Assembly (NCBI RefSeq): GCF_963921235.1
Contig: NC_086108.1
Span: 116,624,001 to 116,688,000, forward strand
Direction of reading: 5' to 3'
Length of the DNA: 64,000 nt
Source: Mobula hypostoma
Lineage: Eukaryota
The position numbers and the translations under genes are program-made. A model generated the notes under the pieces. That model did no database searches, was not told where the DNA came from, and saw nothing but the letters and a program-made list of their open reading frames with translations. Shown one piece after another: positions 52,043 through 63,675 of the stretch; positions within the stretch are counted from its first letter, which is position 1; each line of letters starts with the position of its first letter.

Positions 52043-52303
52043 GCAACACTCACAACACGCTGGAGGAACTCAGCAGATCGGGCAGCATTCGTGGAAAAGA
52101 TCGGTCGACGTTTCGGGCCGGAACCCTTCGTCAGGACTGTAGGGGGAAGGGGCAGAGGCCCTATAAAGAAGGTGCGGGGAGGGTGGGAAGGAGAAGGCTG
52201 GTAGGTTCCAGGTGAAGAACCAGTAAGGGGAAAAATAAAGGGGTGGGGGAAGGGAGGCCGGGAGGTGATAGGCAGGAAAGGTGAAGAAAGAATAGGAGAA
52301 AAC
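52043..52303 (-). mobile_element. Penelope terminal-repeat fragment
   Basis: Near-identical to 18278-18540. Confidence 0.9.
52104..52137 (-). ncRNA. Minimal type-I hammerhead ribozyme motif (identical to 18339-18372)
   Basis: GTC-CTGACGA-AGGGTTCCGGCCC-GAAAC-GTC-GAC on the minus strand. Confidence 0.8.
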
Positions 52304-55300
52304 AATCCTGAACAGAACACATTTCTGCAGGTGTGATCCTGAACTGTACACATTTTTCCAGGTGTGATCCTGAACTGAACACAGTTCCCCTAGGTGTGAT
52401 CCCAAACTGAACCCTAATCCCTAGGTGTGTCATAGAACTGATAACAGTTCTCCAGGTGTGATCCTGAACTGAACACACTTCACCACTTTTGGTCACAGAA
52501 CTGAACATATTTCTCCAGGTGTGGACACAGAATTCAACACAGTTTTCCTGGTGTAGTCACAGAACTGAACACAGTTCTCCAGGTGTGAACCTGAACTGTA
52601 CACAGTTCCCCAGGTGTGATCCTGAACTGAATCCTATTCCCCAGGTATGGTCAAAGAACTGAATACAGTTCTCTAGGTTTGATCCTGATCTGAGCACTGT
52701 TCCCCTGGTGTGATATTGAACTGAACACAGTTCCTCAGGTGTGATCCTGAACAGAACGCAGTTCCCCAGGTGTGATCCTGAACTGAATACAATTCCCCAG
52801 GTTTGGTCACAGAACTGAACACATTTCTCCAGGTGTGGTCACAGAATTCAACACAGTTTTCCATGTGTGGTCACAGAACTGAACACAGTTCTTCAAGTGT
52901 GATCCTGAACTGTACACAGTTTCTAGGTGTGATCCTGAACTGTACACAGTTCCCCAGGTGTGATCCTGAACTGAACGCAGTTCCCCAGTTGTGATTCTGA
53001 ACTGAACCCTATTCCCCAGGTGTGATCATAGAACTGATAACAGTTCTCCAGGTGTGATCCTGAACAGAACACAGTTCCCCAGGTGTGATCCTGAACTGAA
53101 CACAGTTCCCCAGGTGTGATCTTGAACTGAACACAATTCCCCAGGTGTGATCCTGGACTAAACACTGTTCCCCAGGTTTGGTCACAGAACTGAACACACT
53201 TCTCCAGGTGTGGTCACAGAATTCAACACAATTTTCCATGTGTGGTCACAGAACTGAACACAGTTCTTCAAGTGTGATCCTGAACTGTACACAGTTCCCC
53301 AGGTGTGATCCTGAACTGAACGCAATTCCCCAGTTGTGATCCTGAACTGAACGTTATTCCCCAGGTGTGATCATAGAACTGATAACAGTTCTCCAGGTTT
53401 GGTCCTGAACTGAACACAGTTCCCCTGGTGTGATATTGAACTGAACACAGTTCCTCAGGTGTGATATTGAACTGAACACAGTTCCTCAGGTGTCATATTG
53501 AACTGAACACAGTTCCTCAGGTGTGATATTGAACTGAGCACAGTTTTCCATTTGTGATCCTGAACTGTACACAGATCCCCAGGTGTGATCCTGAGCTGAG
53601 CACAGTTCTCCAGGTATTGTTCTGAACTGAACACAGTTCCCCAGGTGTCATTACAGAATTGATTATAGTTCCCCAGTTGTGATCCTGAACTGAACACAGT
53701 TCCCCAGGTTTGGTCACAGAACTGAACACATTTCTCCAGGTGTGGACACAGAATTCAACACAGTTCTCCTGGTGTGGTCACAGAACTGAATACAGTTCCC
53801 CAGGTGTGATCCCGAACTGAACCCTATTCCCCAGGTGAGGTCATAGAACTGATAACAGTTCTCCAGGTTTGATATTGAACTGAGCACAGTTCCTCAGGTG
53901 TGATTACAGACTGATCACTGGTCCCCAGGTGTGATCCTGAACTGAAAACAGTTCCCCAGGTGTGATCCTGGACTGAACTCAGTTCCCCAGGTGTGATCCT
54001 GAACTGAACGTTATTCCCCAGGTGTGGTCATAGAACTGATAACAGTTCTCCAGGTTTGATACTGAACTGAACACTGTTCCTCTGGTGTGATTCCAAACTA
54101 TAGACATTTCTCCAGGTATTGTTCTGAAGTGATTACTGTTTTCCAAGTGTGATCCTGATCTGAATGCAGTACCCCAGGTGTGATCCTGATCTGAATACAG
54201 TACCCCAGGTGTGATCCTGATCTGAATACAGTACCCCAGGTGTGATCCTGAGCTAAGTGAATTTCCCCAGGTGTAATCTCGAACTGAATACGGTATTACA
54301 GGTGTGGTCCCAGCACTGAATGTAGTTAGTAACATAGAGACATAGAATACATACAGCACTGTACAGTCCTTTGGCCCACAAAGCTGTGCCAAACATGTTC
54401 CTACCTTAGAACTACCTAGGCTTTACCCATAGCCCTCTATTGTTCTAAGCTCCATGTAGCCATCCAGGAGTCTCTTAAAAGACCTGATCGTTTCCGCCTC
54501 CACCACCGCCACCAGCAGCCCATTCCACGCACTCACCACTCTCTGCGTAAAAAGCTTACCCCTGACATCTCCTCTGTACCTACTTCCAAGTGACATCTCC
54601 TCTGAACCTACTTCCAAGTTCCCCAGGTGTTTCTCGGAACACAATGCAGTACTCCAGGTGTGATCCCAGAACTGAATACAATTCTCCAGGTGTGATCCCA
54701 GAACGAGATGTAATTGGTGAGCAGTGGTCCAGTGCGGAATACAGTTCTCTAGGTGTAGTCCTGAACTGATTGCAGTACTCCGAGTGTGGTCCAGGTTTGA
54801 ACACAGTTCCAGGTGTGGACCAAAACTGACAGTAGTTCTCCTGCTGTTGTCCTGAACTGAATACAGAACTCCAGTTGGGATCTCAGAACTGAATACAGTT
54901 CTCCAGTGAGGCCCTGGCTGAATGAAGTTCCCCAGGTGTGGTCTTGAACTGAATATAGTAGGCCAGGTGTGGTCTCAGAACTGAATGAGGTTGTCCACTT
55001 ACGGTGCAGAACTCTAGACAGTACTCTAGGTGTGGTCTGGAACTGAATGCAGTACTCCAGATGCGATCCAGAACTGAATACAGTTCTGCAGGTGTGATCA
55101 CCAAACTGAATTCAGTACTCCAGGTGTGGACCCAAATTGAATGCAGTACTACAGGTGTGATCCAGAAATGCATGCAGTACTCCAGGTGTGATCCCAGAAC
55201 TGAACACAATTCTCCAGGTGTGATCCCAGAACTAAACACAGTCTCCGGGTGTGATCCAGAAATGAATACAGTTCCCTAGATGTGGTCCTCAACGGAAATC

Positions 55301-55734
55301 ATAACTCCAATTGAGGTCCTGCACTTAATACAGGACTCCAGTTGTGGTCCTGAACTCCAGGTGTGGTCTGTAAAAGATTGCAGTACTCCAGGTGTGATCC
55401 CAGAACTGAATGCAATTGGCCAGGTGTGGTCCAGAGCTGAACACAATACTCCAGGTGGGGTCCTGAATTGAATGCAATTCTCCAAGTGTGATCCCAGATG
55501 TGAATGCAATACTTCAGGTGTGATCCTAGATCTGAACGCAGTAATCCAGGCTCAGTACACTCAAAAACTTCTACAGTTGTACTGTGGAGAGCATTCTGAC
55601 AGGCTGCATCACTGTCTGGTATGGAGGGGCTACAGTAAAGGACCGAAAGAAGCTGCAGAAGGTTGTAAATCTAGTCAGCTCCATCTTGGGCACTAGCCTA
55701 CAAAGTACCCAGGACATCTTCAGGGAGCGGTGTC

Positions 55735-56300
55735 TCAGATCAGGATCACACTTGGAAAACAGTAATCACTTCAGAACAACACCTGGAGAAATGTCTATAG
55801 TTTGGAATCACACCAGAGGAACAGTGTTCAGTTCAGTATCAAACCTGGAGAACTGTTATCAGTTCTATGACCACACCTGGGGAATAATGTTCAGTTCGGG
55901 ATCACACCTGGGGAACTGAGTTCAGTCCAGGATCACACCTGGGGAACTGTTTTCAGTTCAGGATCACAGCTGGGACCAGTGATCAGTCTGTAATCACACC
56001 TGAGGAACTGTGCTCAGTTCAATATCAAACCTGGAGAACTGTTATCAGTTCTATGACCTCACCTGGGGAATAGGGTTCAGTTCGGGATCACACCTGGGGA
56101 ACTGTATTCAGTTCTGTGACCACACCAGGAGAACTGTGTTGAATTCTGTGTCCACACCTGGAGAAATGTGTTCAGTTCTGTGACCAAACCTGGGGAACTG
56201 TGTTCAGTTCAGGATCACAACTGGGGAACTATAATCAATTCTGTAATCACACCTGGGGAACTGTGTTCAGTTCAGAACAATACCTGGAGAACTGTGCTCA
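55735..56300 (-). repeat. Inverted duplicate of satellite segment 53597-54163
   Basis: Rare variants (AAACTATAGACATTTC, GATTACAGACTGATCACTGG) appear in reverse complement. Confidence 0.92.
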
Positions 56301-57504
56301 TCTGGAACATGTTTCCTGCCTCTAGCATGTCCAATCCCTTAATAATCTTATATGTTTCAATCAGATCCCCTCTCATCCTTCTAAATTACAGTGTATACAA
56401 GCCCAGTCGCTCCAATCTTTCAACATATGACAGACCCGCCATCCCGGGAATTAACCTTGTGAACCTACGCTGCACTCCCTCAATAGCAAGAATGTCCTTC
56501 CTCAAATTTGGAGACCAAAACTGTACACAATACTCCAGGCGTGGTCTCACCAGGGCCCTGTACAACTGCAGAAGGACCTCTTTGCTCCTATACTCAACTC
56601 CCCTTGTTATGAAGGCCAACATGCCATTAGCTTTCTTCACTGCCTGCTGTACCTGCATGCTTACTTTCAGTGACTGGTGAACAAGGACACCAAGATCTCG
56701 TTGTACTTCCCCTTTTCCTAACTTGACACCATTCAGATAGTAATCTGCCTTCCTGTTCTTGTTACCAAAGTGGACAACCTCATATTTATCCACATTAAAC
56801 TGCATCTGCAATGCATCTGCCCACTCACCCAACCTGTCCAAGTCACTGTGCATTCTCATAACATCCTCCTCACATTTCACACTGACACCCACTCCCTAAT
56901 CGCCTCAGGTTCGTTACACAGCACCCAATCCAAAACAGCCGGTCCCCTGGTGGGCTTATGGACAAGCTGCTCCAAAAAGCCATCCCGTAAGCATTCTACA
57001 AACTCCCTCTCCTGAGATCCATTACCTTCCTGACTTTCCCAATCCACTTTCATATTAAAATCCCCCATAACTATCTTGACATTTTCCTTCTGACATGCTT
57101 TTTCTATTTCCATCTGTAACTTGTAGTCCACATCCCTGGCTGCTCTTTGGAGGCCTGTATATAACTGCTATTAGTGTCTTTTTACCCTTGCCATTTCTTA
57201 ACTCGACCCATAAGGATTCTACCTCTTCTGATCCTATGTCCCTTCTTTCTAGTGATTTGATATAGTTGCTTACCATCAGGGCCACGCCACCCTCTTTACC
57301 TACCTTCCTATCTTTCCTATACACTGTGTATCCTTGGACAATCAGCTCCCAATCACATCCATCATTTAGCCATGACTCGGTGATGGCCACAATGTCATAT
57401 CTTTTAACCTGTAGCTGTACAACAAGGTCATCTACTTTATTTCTAATGCTGCGTGCATTTAAGTACAGTACATTTAGATCAGTATCTGTTACCGATTTTG
57501 CTAA

Positions 57505-58183
57505 CAGAGGGGAGGGGAGGAGAAGATGGCGACGCGACACAGCACGCGCGGCTGCTCCAAAATGATATCGTATTTGTAAGTATGGGCCGTGCACAATCCT
57601 GATTTGATGGAGACAGCCGTGAGGAGCACGGAGGAACATCTGGAGAAACTTCTGAAATGCCCGCTTTGCTGCCGCTGCTACTGTGCGATTGAGAATCTCC
57701 GGAGGGGAAGGCCCCAGATCCTCGGCTTTGCCTATTGCCCATTGCCGGGGCCGGGGTCAAAGTGCTCGGTGCTCGGTGTCGGAGGGCTGGTTGGAGGCTC
57801 GGAGTTTGTGGGCGAACTCAAGAGTCAGCTGTGGTCAGGTGCTCCCAGGGTGCTGCATCGGCAAGAATGCGGAGCTGGAAGCTCATGGCAGGGAGAGAGT
57901 TTCTCTTCCTTCTACCATCTGCGTGAGATGATGGGACTTTTGAGAGACTTTGAGACTTTTTTTACCGTGCCCATGGTCTGTTCTTTATCAAATTATGGTA
58001 TTGCTTTGCACTGTTGTAACTATATGTTATAATTATGTGGTTTTTGTCAGTCTTTTTAGTCTTCGTTTGTCTTGTGTTTCTGTGATATCATTTTGGAGGA
58101 ACATTGTATCATTTCTTAATGCATGCATTACTAAATGACAATAAAACAGGACTGCGTGTCCTCATAATCTAATCTAATCTAAT
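57505..58183 (+). mobile_element. ~680-bp non-coding non-autonomous retroposon with AAGATGGCG 5' motif and (AATCT)n tail
   Basis: Interrupts the CR1 just upstream of its EN; GC-rich 5' end; AATAAA followed by a microsatellite tail. Confidence 0.65.
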
Positions 58184-58410
58184 TTCTATCACACAGCAAA
58201 TTATCCTGTCTATTCACCTGCCTGTCCTTCTTACCATCTTTGCTGCACAGTATCTTTGACTTATTTCTATTTTCCACTTCCTCGACCCTAACTCCCTGGT
58301 TTCCTTCCCCCTGCCAACTTAGGTTAAATGCTCCCTAACAGCTATATTAAACAATCCCGCCAGGATATTAGTGCCCTTTGAGTTCAGGTGTATTCATTTT
58401 GTATAAGTCA

Positions 58411-59250
58411 TGTGACGAGAATACACATAAAATTAAGATGTTTGCTGGCCTGGGTTAGCATCAGTGACATCAGCAAGTGGTCTGCCACCTGCCCTCAGGG
58501 GAAGGAGAGATAAGGAACAATGGAGCAGCGTCTGGAGATGTGTAATGAAGGAACGGGGGTGAGAGAGCTGTCTGGAGCGGCTCCCCCCTTTGAACCTTGA
58601 ACTGTTTGAAGTGATGGACAGGCGATGCCCCAGCAGGGGGATAAAAAGGGACAGGTTCGCTAAGACACACACGCCACCCAAGGTAACGAGACCCTGGAAG
58701 CGGTGCGCCTCTCACGAGTGGGTGAGAAGTATCAGACAACGGCCAGGGTGGAAAGGTACGATCAGCGGGAACCCGTTGTGTGTCCGCCCTTGCCTGGGTG
58801 CCGGGTTCACTGCAGAGGATCGACCGCATCTGGAGGAGGGGTCACAGTCGGTGACCTCAGGTGACATCACCAAGGACCCGCCCAAAAGCTGCTTGTGAGC
58901 CATCTCGCCGGTCTGTGAGTGAAGCCGTGTATGAATGATCAGTTGTTCCTGTTCTCTCTCTCTCTTCCCCCACGTTGTCCATCGCCATGGCAACGATTAC
59001 TGCGAACTGAACTTTGAGTCACTTTGAAATTTGGTCATTTACCCCTAGACAACGATAGAGTTTGATTGATGCTGTTATCTTAATTCTGTGCACATGTGTG
59101 TTTATCATCGCTGAACTGTTGCATTTATTATCCTTTTGATTACTGTGTTGCTTGTTTCTTTAATAAAACTTTCTTAGTTCTAGTACTCCAGACTCCAACT
59201 GAGTGATCCATTTCTGCTGGTTTGGCAACCCAGTTACGAGGTACGTAACA
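58411..59250 (+). mobile_element. Solo LTR (840 bp), copy 2, with 4-bp TSD GTCA
   Basis: TGTGACG...CGTAACA; GTCA at 58407-58410 and 59251-59254; AATAAA at 59162. Confidence 0.92.
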
Positions 59251-59692
59251 GTCATACCCCCCCCCCCAAAATAGACCCCAATGGTCCAAGAATTTAAAGC
59301 CCTGCCCCCTGCATCAGTTACTTAGCCACACATTCATCTGCTTAATTCTGCTATTCTTACCTTCATTAGCGTGTGGTTCAGGCAGTAATCCTGAGATTAT
59401 TACTCTGGAAGTGCAGCTTTTCAATTTTCTTCCTAGCTCCCAGAAATCTTTCTTCAGGATCTCCTTTCTTTTTCTGCCTAAGTCATTGGTACCAACATGT
59501 ACCAAGACTTCTATCTGCTCGCTCTCTCTCCTCAAATACTCTGGACCCGATCTGAGACATCCCATACCCTGGCACCAGGGAGATCTGAACACAGTGCTCC
59601 AGGTGTGGCCCTGAATTGAATGCAGTTCTCCAAGTGTTGTCCTGAACTGAATACAGTAGCCCAGGTGTGATTACAGAACCGATATGACTCAC

Positions 59693-59750
59693 AAGTCAGG
59701 AACAGAGGGAATTGCAACTTCAACAAACAGTAAATGAAGTTTCATAATAA
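59693..59750 (-). other. Candidate non-coding first exon of the unrecognised gene
   Basis: Donor CTT|GTGAGT at 59693, just downstream of the X-box, in a unique-sequence island. Transcription start is not determinable. Confidence 0.35.
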
Positions 59751-59759
59751 TAACTCCTT

Positions 59760-59790
59760 GTTGCTTAGCAACCAGTCAGAATCACATGAC
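59760..59790. promoter_or_regulatory. RFX X-box-like palindrome GTTGCTTAGCAAC (59760-59772) and E-box TCACATGAC (59782-59790)
   Basis: Matches the palindromic RFX site pattern GTTGC...GCAAC; lies in non-repetitive DNA ~70 bp from a canonical donor. Confidence 0.55.
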
Positions 59791-60019
59791 CTAGACACAC
59801 TATGGGCTGCATGCCGTCTTGGTTGGCTGTGGGATAACACAGAGATTGAAAGCAGAGCCAAATTTCAACACAGGATATCTGAGTAACTGAAGGACTTTGA
59901 ATATGTTGACATGAGATGACAGGACAGGATGATGGGCAAGGAGATAGTGGGCTTTCTGGGCTTGAACTCAGCTCTGGGTAACAGCAGGAGTCTACATACT
60001 GCTCTGGGCTCTACTCACC

Positions 60020-60905
60020 CCCATGCGCCGGAACCCCAGCTCTCTCACAAGACGCTAACGCCCCTTTCACCTGAAACACAGCTCTCAACAGTGCAAAAGA
60101 AACACCTCACTCACAGAACGCCAACTCCATGCGCCAGAACCCCAGCTCTCAACAGCGGGTGCCACCTCCCTGTGTACTGGAACTCTACCTCTCTAGAGTG
60201 CAGAAGTAACCGGTCACTTCCCCCCAATTGCCAGACTGCCCGCTGTCTCTAGTGGAATAGATACAGCTCACTCACTCGATTCTTCCACCCGCGGGCCTGA
60301 ACCGCTGCTCTCAGCAGCACAATGGATCAGTTCACTCACAAGCCTGCAGGCCTTGTGCGCCAGAACCCCAGGTCTCACTAGTTGGAAAGAAACAACCCAG
60401 TGTAAAGGCACTACCCTGCCATGCACCAGAACCCTCGCTCACAAGTGCAAAACAAACTGCTCACAGGAGACGCAACAACCCACATGCCTGACCCCGAGCT
60501 CTCAACAGTGCAACATAAGGAGCTCACTTCAAACACACCCCTCACCGCAGCCCACCCCCGGCATGCGCCTGAACACCAGCTGTCTATAGCTCACTCACAG
60601 AACACCACACCCCATGCACCCGAACCCAGCTCTTCACAGCGTAAGAGAAACTGCTCACTCACAGGTGTGACTCCCCATGCACCTGAATCCCGGCTGTCAA
60701 CAGTGAAAAGAAACAGCTCACTCAGAAGACACTACCCCACCATAGGCCTGACCCCTAGTTCTCAACAGTGCAAAAGAAACAGTCCACTCCCAAGACGCTG
60801 TCCCTCATGCACCTGGACCACAGATCCCCATAATGGCTACCCCGTGCGCTTGAACCCCAGCTCTCTGCAGTGCCAAAGAATCAGCTTACTTGGAAGACGT
60901 TACAC
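60020..60905. repeat. Diverged ~64-bp minisatellite; one more unit at 62495-62545 beyond a CR1 insertion
   Basis: CCCAGCTCTCAACAGTG.AAAAGAAACAGCTCACTCAC units. Confidence 0.85.
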
Positions 60906-62490
60906 CCTTCAAAGGTCTTCTGATGGATAAGTGACCTGGGCCAGATGGACTACATCCCAGAGTCCTGAGAGAGGTTGCTGAAGAGGTGACGGCTGCATTG
61001 GTCATGATCTTTCAAAAATCACTTGATTCTGGCATGGTCCCGGAGGACTGGAAGATTGCAAATGTCACTTCACTCTTTAAGAAGTGAGGAAGACAAAAGA
61101 AAAGAAATTATAGGCCAGTTAGCCTAAACTCTGAAACTTGGGAAAATGTTAGGGTCTATTATTAAGAATGAGGTTTTGGGATTCTTGGGGATGAATGATA
61201 AAATAAATCAAAGTCAGTATGTATTCTGTAAAGGGAAAATCTTCACAGAATCTGTTAGAGTTGTTTGAGGTAGTAACAAGCAGGGTGGACAAAAGAGAGG
61301 GAATGGATGTCAATTACTTGGGTTTTCAGAAGGCATTTGATAAGGTGGCACACATGAGACTGTTTAACATGATAAAATCCTATGGTGTTACAGGAAAGAT
61401 ACTGGCATGGATAGAGGAATGGCTGACAGGCAGGAGGCAATGGGTGGGAATAAAAGGGGCCTTTTCCGGTTGGCTGCCGGTGACTAGTGGTGTTCCGCAG
61501 GGGTCAGTATTGGAACCGCTACTTTTCACTTTGTTGTCAATGATGTGAATAATGCTTTGTGGCAAAGTTTGCAGACAATACGAAGATAAGTGGTGAGTTA
61601 GTGCTGAGGAAACAATACGATTGCAACAGGACTTAAACAAATTGGAAGAATGGGCAAAAAAGTGTCAGATAGAATAGAGTGTTGGGAAATGTATGAAAAT
61701 ACATTTTGGTAAAAGGAACAATAGTGTGGACTATTATCTAAATGGGGAAAATTTTCAAACATCAGAGGTGCAGAGGGACTGCGTGTAAGACCCCCAGAAG
61801 GTCAATTTACAGGTTGAATCTGTGGGAAAGAAGGCAAATGCAATGTTGGCATTTATTTCAAGGGGACTAGAATATAAAAGTAAGGAGATAATGCTGAGGT
61901 TTTATAAGACACTAGTCAGGCCACACTTGAAGTATTGTCAACAGTTTTGGGTCCCATATCTCAGAATGGATGTGTTGTTGTCATTGGAGAGAGTCCAGAG
62001 GAGGTTCACGAGGATGATTCTGGGAATAAAGGGGTTAACATACAAGTAGCGTTTGGCAGCTTTGGGCCTGTACTCACTGGAATTTAAAAGAATGAGGGGG
62101 GGATCTCATTGAAACCTACCCAATGCTGAATGGACTGGATAGGGTGGGTGTGGAGAGGATGTTTCCTATTGTGGGGGTTTCCAGAACTAGAGGGCACAGC
62201 CTCAAAATTGTGGGGCGACCTTTTGGAACAGAAGTAAGGAGGATTCTTTTTAGCCAGAGAGTAGTGAATCTGTGGAATGCTCTGCCACACACTGCGGCGG
62301 AGACCGAGTCCGTGGGTGTTTTTAAGGCGGAAGTTGATCATTTCCTGATCGGTCAGGGCATCGAAGGATATGGTGAGTGGGCAGGTGTAAGGGGTTGAGT
62401 GGGATCTGGGATCAGCCATGATGGAATGGTGGAGCAGACTCGATGGGCTGAATGGCCTAATTCTGCTCGTGTGTCTCATAGTCTTATAGG
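60906..62490 (+). mobile_element. Decayed 5'-truncated CR1 RT and 3' UTR
   Basis: FQKAFDKVAH, SGVPQGSVL, RPHLKYCQQFW. Confidence 0.92.
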
Positions 62491-62547
62491 CTGATCCCCA
62501 GCTCTCAACAGTGTAAAAGAAGCAGCTCACTCACAAGACGCTAACAA

Positions 62548-62553
62548 TTTATT
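62548..62553 (-). terminator. Candidate polyadenylation signal (AATAAA) of the collagen gene; 3' UTR ~62530-62975
   Basis: TTTATT on the + strand ~420 bp downstream of the collagen stop; a variant ATTAAA lies at 62583-62588. Confidence 0.55.
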
Positions 62554-62975
62554 TTCAATTTTTTTTGTTTACACCGTATATTTTTAATTAATTTTACAAA
62601 AAGTTATTGTAAAACGGGAAGCCAAAGAGAGAGAGAGAGACACTTGCAAGTTCTGAAAGACGAGAGATAATTTACAAAAAGAATAATTACAGTTCAATAA
62701 AATACATCTTCTCAGCATCTCAGCTGTGAGATTACACAACACAAGACTCCTCTGAAGTGATGACTCCACTGAGGGAACAGCACAGCACAGGGGGACATTC
62801 CACGCCGTGTCTCCCGTAGGTTTATGTCATGTGATTGGTGCCCCACGAGGGCATTCAGTATTCTCTCGGTAATAGTGTGCACACAGAGGGAAGGAATTTC
62901 CGTCCAGCTGCTGAACTTGCAGGTGCCTTGAGGAAGTTGGATGTTCAATTGCTCTACACGGTCTGGTCTCCATCA

Positions 62976-63122
62976 TTAACCCAGGAAGCAGACGGGACCA
63001 ACTTCAAACCCAAATTTCTGGTTCGGATTCCCAAAGTCACTCACCAAAAAGTCTATGACGGGCACTTGTTGCACTTTGGGAGTGTTGATCTCAAGTACGG
63101 TCTTGCCCAAACCTTTCCTCAA
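62976..63122 (-). CDS. Last coding exon of a clade-B fibrillar collagen (type V/XI alpha chain; COLFI C-propeptide end)
   Basis: Acceptor [66 protein letters not shown], which resembles the COL11A1/COL5A1/COL5A3 C-terminus (KTV.EI.TPK..Q.P..D...[16 protein letters not shown]). Paralogue not resolvable by eye. Confidence 0.95.
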   Translation of the reverse strand: MRKGLGKTVLEINTPKVQQVPVIDFLVSDFGNPNQKFGFEVGPVCFLG

Positions 63123-63414
63123 CTGAGAAATCAAAAACAGAGGAATTAAATGTATCACTGCACACTACCACCCTCACATACAGTACAACATGTGCATCAA
63201 CTGGAACCGTCCATGATACTCCTGGAATGGGTCTGACCCTGAGAGAACGGAGATAGGAATCGGACATGGTTCCCCTGGTGTGGGTCTGACCCAGGGGGGA
63301 ATGGAGATAGGAATTGGACATGGTTCTGCTGGTCTGGGCTGACCCAGGGGGATACCGAGATGGGAACTGTGCACGGTGCTACCAGTGTGGCGCAGACTTA
63401 CAGGGATCTCACGA

Positions 63415-63675
63415 CTGCTATCTCACACACTGTGAGACGTACACTACAGCCAGCTCACACAGTGACTCTTACATTACGTTATCTCACACACTGTGAGACG
63501 TACACTACAGCTCTCACACAGTGACTCTTACATTACGTTATCTTACACACTGTGAGACGTACACTACAGCTCTCACACACAGACATGCACACTAGAGCTA
63601 CCTCACACAGTGAGATGCACACTAAAGCTATCTCGCACACAGTGAGGCTTACACTACAGCTAACGCACAAACAGT
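63415..63675. repeat. ~30/60-bp CA-rich minisatellite in the collagen last intron
   Basis: TCTCACACACTGTGAGACGTACACTACAGC recurs at 63421, 63482, 63541. Confidence 0.85.

Larger units (their letters stand above)
51461..55550. repeat. 31-bp satellite (CCCCAGGTGTGATCCTGAACTGAACACAGTT), with Penelope-tail (52043-52303) and CR1 (~54330-54620) insertions
   Basis: Period 31 (CAGGT at 53456, 53487, 53518); further units at 59581-59680. Confidence 0.95.
56301..59580 (-). mobile_element. Internally deleted CR1 (ORF1 esterase 59314-59580, EN 56890-57500, RT C-terminus 56301-56890) with nested SINE-like element and solo LTR
   Basis: VLVHVGTNDLGRKRKE (ORF1 SGNH-like); LYLNARSIRNKVDD, MGDFN (EN); RPRLEYCVQFWSP (RT). 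Confidence 0.9.

Noticed and set aside
49925..56300. CRISPR-like appearance of 31-34-bp repeats
   Set aside because: No unique spacers, no cas genes, and vertebrate context; these are head-to-tail tandem repeats.
63415..63675. Multiple CACAGTG/CACTGTG heptamers resembling V(D)J recombination signals
   Set aside because: Part of a CA-rich minisatellite. No ACAAAAACC-type nonamer seen at 12/23 spacing and no V/J segments.
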